A stretch of 64,000 bases of DNA, from contig NC_057719.1 of NCBI RefSeq assembly GCF_004010195.1, forward strand, positions 70,452,181-70,516,180, given 5' to 3'. The notes beneath the pieces were generated by a model. It was given only the letters and a program-made list of their open reading frames with translations. It did not search any database and was not told the origin of the DNA. A program made the position numbers and the translations under genes. Source of the stretch: Chiloscyllium plagiosum. Its lineage: Eukaryota. This document shows positions 53,773 through 64,000 of the stretch, in pieces. Position 1 is the stretch's first letter, and the number at the start of each line of letters is the position of its first letter.

Positions 53773-55810
53773 TCAGTGGAGTTCAAGTGTCCCAACTCAA
53801 TGGTAAAAATGCAGCCCATAGCAACCTTAAAGATAGCCACGCTATAGATCTGTACAATGATTGGTTGGGAAGAACTGCTTAGCTTCAGTCAAACTAAGCC
53901 ACAGGATTGATTTTTAGTTGGGAAAAGGTCTTCAACTCAAAGACTTCTGTACCATGAATCAATAATGAATCGGCCAAGAGATTTCCCAGAACAAATAATG
54001 TTTCAGTTCTGATTCATGGAATGCTGATATATCTTAATCTAAAATCATAAAGTTAACAATGGAAATAAAGAAACATAAATGTCAAAAGGAAATCCTTGTT
54101 CAGTAGAAAGGCATTCCTAACTAACAACCTCAAAGCTGCCATCACAATATAGCTTTAACATCTATTTAAAATATTCAGATGTGGATTTGTACAAAAAGCA
54201 TCAGTGTAACAAGGAATTGTGCACTACGCAAATTCATCAGCACAGTGAGTTGCACTAGAGGTTCTCTTTTGATGTCCAGAAATATCAGGTTACCCAGGTA
54301 TTCAAGAAAATAGATTTAAAGAGCAAAATAGAGGAATGTTCTCCATCAGATATTTTTTATTTGAAAAGCAGTGTTAATTAAAAATTACAAGGGTTCTGCA
54401 TATTATTTTGGCTGAACGCCAATCTCCAAGACCCCAAAGTGTGTAAAACAGAAGCAGAAAGGGAAGCAGAAGGAAGAACTGAACAAACTCCAGAGATAAT
54501 GCAAAGGCAGCACCAACTAGGCATATTTCTTTTTAAAAGTGAGGGTTAAGAAACACTTAAAGATTGGAAGACTGGGGAGCAAAACAAGAAAAGACCTATC
54601 CTTATTTCTATAAAATATATTATTGGGAGCAAATTGCACATTAATTACCCAATAATCTGTTTCTTTTTTAATATGGGACTTTTTAAATGTTTGCAAAAGG
54701 CTACACTTCAAGTTTAGTATTGATGGTAAACATAGGGATTAATCTTAAGAATGGATAAGGAAATAGACATTTTCTAATCAACTATTTCAGCAATATTAGT
54801 ACAGACCTCTGGTGCAGTTGATATGTGAACCCAGGCCTCTTCGTTGAGGGTAAGGTGAAGATTGGAAAATTGGTACAACTTACACCTGTTAGATTAGCGT
54901 TCCTGCACAAGCTGAACATTCATTAAAATCTGTTCCTCACTTAGAGTGATCTGGACAAGTTCCTCAAATTCTTTGCAAGTTCCTCAAATCTGAACATGAG
55001 GGTGACGAGAAGATCAAGTTAGCAAAAACCGAAACAGGTACATTCAAATGACTGGACATCAAAACATAAATAACAAGGTATACATGGTATTAATAGTGCT
55101 GAAAGAGCAAATAATCAAATTGAAAAATCTAACGGTCTTGCCAGACTCTGGGTTCAACAGAGCAAATAGAATTTCAATCCAAATAACCAATACAAGTCGG
55201 AGGGAAATAATTGTCAAATCACACAGTAGGCTGGACATACCACAACTAGAGAACAGTGTGTAATTCCTGTCACTAAGACACAGAGAATCCTAGAGACAAT
55301 ACAGAAAAGGACTAGGATAGCTTCACAGCTCTTCTTATGAGAGATAAATCTGGACCTTTTCAAGGTAAGACTGAGGGAAGTGTGGAGAGCCATTTTCAGG
55401 TAAGTCTCTCTACAGTAGCCTCTCAGTTTGAGGGTTAAATGTTTACTTTGACTAATTTCAAAAAATAAGATGATGGAGACCTGAAGTAGTAAACAGTGAA
55501 TTTCAGATTTAAAGAAAGAAACTGCTCTGCAAAATAGCATTTCTTCTTGGAGGCAGACTGGTCAAGTGTGCTGGTTAACTGCTCAATCCAGCCACAAAGA
55601 GGCCCTTGTGATTTTGTGGAACTGGCTCATTTAAATTTACTAGTCATTTAACACTGAAATTTCAGACAAGGCTCTCAGTTGTGAAGGTTTCTTAATTACC
55701 TCCCTTGATAATTAGAGATTCTGGATAGCAATGTCCCAGAGGCACAGTCCTACTTGTTTAGAAGGCCTCAGCTGTATTGCATGGACTCCAAGCATTTCAT
55801 ATCAACGGGA

Positions 55811-55927
55811 AGGTCCTCTTGTCACACTGTTCTGGTGTCTCTACCCCTCGACAGGGAATCCTGGATTCCAGTCCCACCTACTCCAGAAGTATGTCATAAC
55901 ATCTGTGAACACATTGATTAGGAAAAT
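55811..55927 (+). mobile_element. Short tRNA-like SINE (copy 4)
   Basis: ggattccagtcccacctactccagaagtatgtcataacatctgtgaacacattgattaggaaaat matches copies 1 and 3. Confidence 0.6.
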
Positions 55928-55988
55928 AGGCTGAATATTTTAAAATTGTAGTAACTGGAGTCCTAGTAATATGGTAACATTGATTTCC

Positions 55989-56176
55989 TTGTTTAAAAGG
56001 ACCTGTCTCTTTTAAAATGGAGGGATCAGCATTGTTGAGGATAATGAGGTAGGAAAATGTCAAGGAGAAAGTGAGGTCTGCAGATGCTGGAGATCAAAGT
56101 TTTGTTTAAAAGGACCTGTCTCTTTTAAAATGGAGGGATCAGCATTGTTGAGGATAATGAAGTAGGAAAATGGCAA
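55989..56176. repeat. 75-bp direct duplication flanking a 38-bp Penelope tail (56064-56101, minus strand)
   Basis: 55989-56063 vs 56102-56176 with 2 mismatches; insert ggagaaagtgaggtctgcagatgctggagatcaaagtt is antisense to 59709-59741. Confidence 0.92.
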
Positions 56177-57002
56177 ATTGATTTTGAAGCCAATACAACC
56201 CCCACTAAATAAAACCTAAAAGAGGATTAACACAACGTGGCAGTGGGCATGGCTGCGTATGGAAAAAAGAGAGAACTTCACACCTGTCTTTACCCAACGA
56301 AGATCGTTGTTAAAGGCAGATTATTGTTAAAGAGGGAGCAGTGGTAACACTGGGATAGTCAAAAATTAATAAAGCAGAGTGATGAGAGAGAGGTTGGCTG
56401 TAATTGATAAGTCACCAGCACCAGATCAAATGCTAGTGAGGATACTAAGGGACTAAAGGTATAGGTTAAGGAGACACTGGCTGTAATATCTTAAGAGGGG
56501 AGTTGCCAGAAGACTAGAGAATTACAAAATCTTCCATTCTAGTTCAAAAAAAGATGTAAAGATACATTAAGCAACAACTGGTTAGTTTAACCTCTGTGGT
56601 GCAATGCTTTTAGCAATAATATGATGTAAAGTAACCCTGTCCTGGACAAATGCAGATCAATTATGGAAAATCAGCATGGACCTGTTAAGGAAAAATCAGA
56701 TTTTGTGACCAGATAAGAAGGATTATTTGACTCGCCACTTTTAAAATTCCCTTTCAGGTCAGTCACAACAAGTGTTCTTTTAATTTCTTTTTAGCACATA
56801 GCTATTACACTTCAATTAAAGAATAGTGGAGGTCCTAAGTAAGGAGTCAATTCCAATGTTTTCTTGAGGAAAAGATAGAATAATTTTATTACCTAACAAC
56901 CTCAAGAAAAATGCATGATAAAATGTGACATATACACACACACATGTGTACAGATAAGAAGTTGATAAAAAGGAGAGTGTATGTGACACAAACATGAAGA
57001 AT

Positions 57003-57460
57003 AAAAACTAGCCGCCAGGATACATGATCATCTACTAGCTACAAAAAGACATGACCCACTCTCACTAGTATCGTTACATATAGGTGAGGAAGGACACGAC
57101 TTCGACTGGGACAACACATCCATCCTAGGACAAGTCAAACAGAGACACACACGAGAATTCCTAGAAGCATGGCATTCCAACCGGAACTCTATCAACAAAC
57201 ACATTGACTTGGATCCCATTTTCCACCCCCTGAGAAAAAGAACAGGAAGTGACATCACCACCGGAAATGCCATCACCATCCCAAGGAAACATAAACACAT
57301 AAACAGAAAGCGGCCATGCCATCAATGCTTCATTTGGAGGCTCACTGATGATGTTACCTAGCATGGTGATGAAACATCTGAAAACAAACCTTCCAGCTCA
57401 GCGAGCAAACTTACATCCAGAACCTCAACCTGAGCTACAAATCTTCTCAAAACTCACTAG
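57003..57460 (+). mobile_element. Penelope-like element 3' end (GIY-YIG C-terminus and pLTR)
   Basis: 'RIHDHLLATKRHDPLSLVSLH..EGHDFDWDNTSILGQ..REFLEAWHSNRNSINKHIDLDP' followed by a hammerhead motif. Confidence 0.9.
57341..57382 (+). ncRNA. Minimal hammerhead ribozyme motif (decayed)
   Basis: tca-CTGATGA (57345)-t-gttacc/tagcat/ggtgat-GAAA (57371)-catc-tga. Confidence 0.65.
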
Positions 57461-58454
57461 GAACTACCCATTTTAATGACCTTAGAATTTTTAAGATGTT
57501 AATTGTTAGTCATTTAACAGTGATAAAGTTTATAGCTATTTCTAGTTCTTGGTGAATGGATATTTCTACAATTTGCTTTTTCATTAGGTCTTTCAAGATA
57601 ATGAAGAAAACAGGGGAAGCACAAGCAAATCTTTCAGGTTCTCATATAATGAGTCCATCATTCTTTGTCCCTAGTCTGTTGTGCTGAGCAGTTACTGAAA
57701 TACAGTTTGTTTTTATATTCCCAAGTATGGCTTCATTGACTTTATGAACAAACAAACTGGCAAATGAGCCATTCATCTCCAAATCTGTGAATTTATCATA
57801 GAAGTATGGGTTGAAACAGGAGATGCCAATTTCATATTTTTCTGCTAGGCCAGCCTTGACCTGTGGTCAGATGGCATCATGCTTACATGTAAACAGACCA
57901 TAATTTGAATTACAATTTATCCAAGCAGGTTTAACTGGTCTGTGATTTTATAAGCTGTTATGATTTAGACATAAAAGCTCTGAGACATATTGTGGAATCT
58001 CTGTATTTGTGAAAACTCTCAAGTTCTTTAACTAAAGGCATGTCCTGAATATTTTTAGGGGCTGACAAGAGAAGACCAAAGTTATACAATTTCAAAAGGA
58101 GAAAGGACGGTGATAAGTTATTTAATCCCTATTCTGGCTGGATAGTTACTGGTTTGAAAAACAATTGTCACTTATTTGTCAGACAGCTTTACATTGCAGT
58201 GCTCCACCTTGTGGTGGCATGGCCCATAAACACATGCTTTTGAAAACCATTTCAGTCCATGAAAGGTCACAGCTATTGGAAGTCAGCTGATGGATATTAA
58301 AATTTGATGGTTTATTTTTATCAATATCATAGCGAAGTTTAACTTACTTTCTTAGACTTTTTGATAAAGTAACAGAGAGGGTATGGCTAAACTGGAACTT
58401 CAAAAGGCATTCAATGATGTGCCACATAGTAGACTTGTCAGCTAATCTGATGAA

Positions 58455-58546
58455 GCATAACCACCTGATGAAGAAACGACACTCCAAAAGCTAGTGCTTC
58501 CAAATAAACCTGTTGGACCAAAACCTCGTGCTGTGTGATTTTTAAA
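58455..58546 (+). mobile_element. Penelope pLTR fragment (another family) with decayed hammerhead
   Basis: cac-CTGATGA (58465)...ctcc-aaaa-gcta-gtg, then aataaacctgttggac. Confidence 0.7.
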
Positions 58547-59616
58547 ATTACATATAGAATTTCACAGGAAATATGGCACAGAATAAGACCATTTGACCCA
58601 CCTCATTCATGGAGTGTATATACATCCTCTTACATACGCTCAACAGAATCTACTATTGTACTCATGAGCTCCTTTCTCCCACAAATGCTTGTCTGGCTTC
58701 AAAATATTTGTATGTATACTAATTGTTTCAACCATTCTCTGTGGCAAGATGTCCCACATTCTCACCCCTTGCATAAAAGTATGAATTTCAGAGTTGGATT
58801 TCTTCTTGACTGCCTTATACTGATGATCTCTAATGAAGAGCTCAAGAAATTACACATACAATAACAACAAGGATATACATTTCCCTTAGTGACTAAAGTC
58901 AGAATAGTGATGAACAGTTGTTTTTCGCACTGGTAGGAGATATATAATGGCTTTCCTTGATTTCTACCAATGACCTAGAATTGCAAATGCAGGACATAAG
59001 TTCAAACTTTACAGACAACAATACTTGGAAGCATTGTGAATGGCGAGGAGGATCGTGAAAAACTTCAAAAAGGACATCGACAGCCTGGTAGAATAAGTGG
59101 ATAGGAATCCAAAAGTGATACAGTTTTTGAAGAATGAGGAGAGGTAGATAGTATAAAGGATACAATCATAGAATTGTTACATTAGTTATCCAAAGTTATC
59201 CATTAGTTATCCAAAGAACAATCACTAAGCGTCATTTCTTTCCCCCACAATTCTAAAGGGGAATGCAAGAGCAGAGGGATCTGGGTGTATGTATGTATAA
59301 ATCATTGGAGGTGCCAAGACAGTTTGAGAGAGAAGTTATAAGGCTTATGGGCACCCTTGGCTTTATAAATTGAGGCAAAAATTATAAAAGCAAGCAAGTT
59401 ATGATAAGCCAGTATAAAACATTGGTTTAGCCTCAGTTGGATCACTGCATCAAATTTTGTGCAACATAATTTTAAAAGGATGCGAAGCAGAGAGTAAGCA
59501 AAGATGCAGGAGAATTGTTCTATAAATGAGGAACGTCATTCATAAAAGATAGATTGGAGAAGCTTGGGCCCATTTCCTTGGAGAAAAGGAGGTGAAGCAG
59601 GGGCCTGGTGGACATA

Positions 59617-59741
59617 GTTGAAACTTTATTGCTGGAACAGCACAGCAGGTCAGGCAGCATCCAGGGAACAGGAGATTCGACGTTTCGGGCACAGGCCCTT
59701 CTTCCTGAACTTGATCTCCAGCATCTGCAGACCTCACTTTC
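59617..59741. mobile_element. Young Penelope fragment with internal inversion; 14-bp TSD
   Basis: TSD gcctggtggacata at 59603-59616 and 59742-59755; antisense pLTR segment joined to a sense 3' terminus. Confidence 0.9.
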
Positions 59742-60100
59742 GCCTGGTGGACATATTCAGGATGACAAGGGGATGGGGAACTAGACAGAGCAGATCAAGG
59801 GAATCGGTGCCACAGGCAGAAGTGTTGAGAACTGGAGGGTAGCAATTTAAATGACAGACATAATGGAGACATGAGAATAAGTTTTCTTACTAAATGAATG
59901 GTAAGGATTAGGTGTGCACTACCAGAATGTGGCATAGAGGCAGAGTCAAATGAGGCCTTCAAAACAGAACAGGTTAATTATTTATGGAGAAAAGTAAAAG
60001 CAAGACTGTGAGGAAAAGGCAGTAGAGTGGCAATAAGTGAATTGCAGATAGCATAAACATACAGCTAGCAAAACCATTTCTGCATTGTAACCATTGTATG

Positions 60101-60640
60101 TGGCATTTTATGCTCCCCAGGACTGGGTTGATGTGAGGAAAACATACTTCTGTGCCATGGTTTGGCCTCATGTCCATTACCTCCATTTCTTTGCTGGTAT
60201 TGTACTAGTTGTTGGAGGTGACCTGGGCATCTACTTTGGCATCTATTGAGATTTTAAGTTTCCAATTAATTGCCAACATAATGACCTCCTCCCATTGCCA
60301 TTGGCATCTTATAACATCAGGCACTGTTCACACCTAGCAACCATTTTGTGACCTGAGGGTAAAGCCTCTTCTTTGAATATCATGTGATCAAAAAAGGCTT
60401 CACTGCCACATGTACTCCTTACTCTCCTGAATGCAGTCTTACATGTGTCCTTTTAGGGCTCAGGGCTTTCCAGAAATTATCTGGCTCCTGGTAGTCCTGT
60501 TAGGCCTATGGCTGCCACAGTTTCTCACTGGCCAGCAGTTCCCAGAGCCAGGACTTTAATGCAGTTAAGGACAAAACTTTCACCCTGGGCCAACCTGGGC
60601 AAATGTGGAAGGAGCCAACCTATCTGCACATAAAATTCCA
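60101..60640. mobile_element. Putative Harbinger-type MITE
   Basis: TIRs tggcattttatg / cataaaattcca (11 of 12 match). Confidence 0.4.
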
Positions 60641-61297
60641 AACCATGATTCAATCTAAAAGCTGGATGTTAGCACGCACATTCAAGTACAACCAGGGATC
60701 AATTCAAGAAAGAAGACTATGGGTTGAACAGTAGAAGATGAAGACCCTAGAATTATTGCAGAAGCAAACCATTTGGTACGATGTACATAGTGTAGATTTT
60801 TTCTGGAAAGCTGAAAGAGATAGGTTGAATTGTTTTTCTCTTCTATACTTGTTATGTAAGCTTAAAAATCAAAAGGTATGAGATCACCTCTTAGTTCTCT
60901 ATAGTGTTCTTTTGTTGAGTTTATTAAATGACAGGGAGATGCAATGAGCAGAGCAAGATCATAAAGACTGGGGATATATAACAGCCCAATAGATTTGTGC
61001 ACAAATATCAAATAGATCAATGTTTTCTATGATCATATTTATAATGTAGCTCTGAATTGCAGTACAACTTCCACCAGTCAATCTGACACTTAAGTTCTCC
61101 TGTCAGTTCAAGTAGGAGCATTCATGTTATCAAACTAACAAAAAATATAACACGGCACACCAAGAATGTTCATTTCTTTTTCCTTGAAACCATTGAAGTT
61201 TATTCTAAGCCTGGTTTAAAGAAATTCTTAGAATTTAAGGGATTATTTGTACACCTAGTTTGATTCCAGAACAAGAGTTGTGCTGGATAATAACGTC

Positions 61298-61580
61298 AGA
61301 AACAGGAATAGAAGGTCATTCAGTCTCTTATGCTTGGTCCCTCATTCAATAAATTGCTGGGTGATTGGCTTTTAACCTTAACTCTACTTCTGTGCCTGCC
61401 CTGCATCACCCTCGATTCCTCTGTAGGTCAAATATCTGTCTAACTCATCCTAACTTTTATTCAATGACCCAGCTTCTAATGCTCCGTCTGGAACAGAATT
61501 CCAAAGATTAACATTTCTAACAGAAAAATACTCGCCCCCATTTCCACTTCTACTGGGTCATATTTTCATGAAGGTGTCCC
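61298..61580 (-). mobile_element. Old CR1 3' end
   Basis: Similar to the minus-strand copies at 28484 and 35580. Confidence 0.6.
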
Positions 61581-62519
61581 CTTAAGGACATGAAGTTCCT
61601 CAACCAGGGGTATTAGGAAAGAGATGGGGCATATTAAGTGTGGATCTGATTTAACCTCTCCATGGCAGCCACTGTTGCAAGGAAGAAATATACTGATTTG
61701 AAAAAGCCTCCCAAAGCACTAGAGGGAAATTTGATGCCACATGATTCTATCCTGAACTTTGAGAGAGAGCGAGAGCAAGAGACAGCGAGGGAGAAGAATG
61801 TTGAGAGGGGTTTTGATAGAAGTACTGAAAATCATGGGAGTTCTGTTAAGAAAAATGAGGAAAATCACAAATCAAGAACAAGAGACCAAAAAAAGTCATT
61901 CTTTACTGATTTCCAAAGTGCCCCGGATTCTACCACTAATCTTGAAACCGCTTTCCTTCAATTATACTTATAGTTTGCTTAGTCAACAACAGCTGCTGCA
62001 TCCTTCTGAAAGAGTCTTTCTCAATTTGTTGTGAGTTACGAATATCTCCTGATATATCTTCTTGCATGTGTTATCAGACACAGGTGATGTAAAACTAACT
62101 TTCCTCTTGCACTATTTCTCTCAGAATCAGGTCAAGCTTGAATTTCTATTGCAGTTTGAATATCATTGAGAATTGAAAACTGTTTCACATCAACACTCTG
62201 GCTCCTGCGGGCTTACAGACCTGGTTTCACTGCTGGAGTCACTTTATAACAATTTACGTATGTACACCTAACTCCTCTTTGTTCAACTTGCAATTACCCA
62301 TCAAGCTAATGAACAGACAACAGATATACAAAGTAAAATCACCTTGATAGACATTGAAAATATGGCACAAGAGAGTTTTGTAACTTGTTCCACTTGACTA
62401 GTCATCTATAATATGGTGTTTACTGATGACCTTGTTCAGAATTTCTATGTTATTTGGCTGCACACTATTTCTCAACAAACAGACACTGTTAGTTTTACAG
62501 ATCTGTTTCCAATAGGGGA

Positions 62520-64000
62520 CTCCATCTCAGGAAAGCAACTCAGCCACAGCCATACACCTTACAACAGGCCCTGAAGCTCTTCAACCATGTCCTGAAACAA
62601 ACTCGCTACTACAGCCACATTTGCTTCCTCAGTGCCTGCCTCCGTAACCAACTCATCCCACACGGACTCCGGACCACCTTTAAACCAGCAGAGTTCAGAT
62701 CCAAACAGGACAAACAGTACAGACTACAGATTCAAAAACACCAGCAACAGTTCACCTTCAGGATCCTCCGCTCCACACTTACGGCAATGCGCCGGCACCT
62801 AACCTCTCCACAGTCAGCCCTGCCTCAGCTGAGGGCCACACTCTCTCAGAATTGCAAAGGACCCACTCTGTACGACATCCGCAGGAGAATTCATACTCTC
62901 AACAAACAGTATTTCAACTCTATCTCAAACATCAAAAACTGTAAGTACAACAAACTTTTATCTACCCACCTCCATATCCAGCGCTCCTCAAGCATTCCAA
63001 TAGACTCCCCCAGCCTCTGGAACGTCTCGGACACCATTAGCCATGCGGCTATTGCAGCCACCAACCCCACACTGATTGATGATGTCACTTCCGTCCCCAT
63101 CATGGCTGCTTCCACAGCCACTTCCGCCCCTCACAATTCCTCATGCACCACATGTGACATCACTTCCGTCCCTCACATCATCGCTGATGTCACATGCTCA
63201 GTGACTTCCACACCCCCACTGCCTTGTTTGCCATCACTTCTGCCCCCACCAACGCCATTCACCTGCATTCTGCTGACATGCCCCCCACAGATCCCACTGT
63301 CACCATCCCCGCCCACCCAGAGCCCCGAGGGGAACACTACCCCTGCTCATGACTCCACCCCCATTCCCCCCACCACCNNNNNNNNNNNNNNNNNNNNNNN
63401 NNNNNNNNNNNNNNNNNNNNNNNNNNNNNNNNNNNNNNNNNNNNNNNNNNNNNNNNNNNNNNNNNNNNNNNNNNNNNNNNNNNNNNNNNNNNNNNNNNNN
63501 NNNNNNNNNNNNNNNNNNNNNNNNNNNNNNNNNNNNNNNNNNNNNNNNNNNNNNNNNNNNNNNNNNNNNNNNNNNNNNNNNNNNNNNNNNNNNNNNNNNN
63601 NNNNNNNNNNNNNNNNNNNNNNNNNNNNNNNNNNNNNNNNNNNNNNNNNNNNNNNNNNNNNNNNNNNNNNNNNNNNNNNNNNNNNNNNNNNNNNNNNNNN
63701 NNNNNNNNNNNNNNNNNNNNNNNNNNNNNNNNNNNNNNNNNNNNNNNNNNNNNNNNNNNNNNNNNNNNNNNNNNNNNCTCTGTTTTTTCCTCTCCAGATG
63801 TCCCCAACAGTACCCTTCCACCGACATTCTCATTCGTTTGGCCGAACTGGTCCTCACCCTTAACAATTTCTCCTTCAAATCCTCCCACTTCCTTCAGACC
63901 AAAGGGGTAGCCATGGCCACGCGTATGGACCCCAGCTATGCCTGTCGCTTTTTCGGCTATGTAGAACAGTCCATCTTCCGTAGTTACACCGGCACCATTC
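62520..64000 (+). mobile_element. Long, young Penelope-like element (N-terminal ORF region and RT), spanning the gap and running off the window
   Basis: Open frame from ~62553 'ALKLFNHVLKQTRYYSHICFLSACLRNQLIPHGL'; after the gap 'LAELVLTLNNFSFKSSHFLQTKGVAMATRMDPSYA', the PLE RT QxxGxAMG-type motif. Confidence 0.9.
63378..63777. other. Assembly gap (400 N)
   Basis: Run of N. Confidence 1.

Larger units (their letters stand above)
56330..60095 (+). mobile_element. Old CR1 broken into pieces (~56330-56704, ~58340-58440, ~58970-60095) by later insertions
   Basis: 'NQHGPVKEKS' before 56704 resumes as 'FFDKVTE..FKRHS' near 58350; RT C-terminal part and 3' end follow 58970. Confidence 0.65.

Noticed and set aside
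54887..55901. TG...CA solo LTR
   Set aside because: The apparent 'cataaca' end is internal to the short SINE at 55811-55927; no TSD was found.
61662..61973. 103-aa ATG ORF that looks protein-like (charged)
   Set aside because: Composition comes from a GA-rich run and a CR1-like remnant (gaggggttttgatagaagt..aaaatcatg); no domain or splice support.
63300..63888. Long ORFs across the end of the window
   Set aside because: Artefacts of reading through the N gap.

Overview
Eukaryotic, repeat-dense, AT-rich DNA, very probably from a shark (cartilaginous fish). This is inferred from HE1/V-SINEs, Deu-domain SINEs and the abundance of CR1 and Penelope elements. No host protein-coding exon, RNA gene or CRISPR array can be supported, so the window looks intergenic or like part of a very large intron, and the readable ORFs are transposon fragments or noise. 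It holds many decayed CR1 LINEs (one near full length at ~1.8-5.0 kb), a second CR1-group LINE, HE1 and Deu SINEs, a recurrent ~110-120 bp tRNA-like SINE, PIF/Harbinger remnants, Penelope-like elements with hammerhead-ribozyme motifs, and a 400-N gap. Best leads: (1) two different young Tx1 retrotransposons inserted in tandem at one 14-bp site (AAGAGTGCAGGAGA, present three times) inside another LINE's ORF2, suggesting a sequence-specific Tx1 family; (2) a foldback-TIR Mutator/Phantom-like transposon with a FLYWCH remnant, nested in a SINE and itself carrying a CR1; (3) a 38-bp Penelope tail flanked by a 75-bp duplication. Family names come from motif recognition by eye, not database searches, and most repeat boundaries are approximate.
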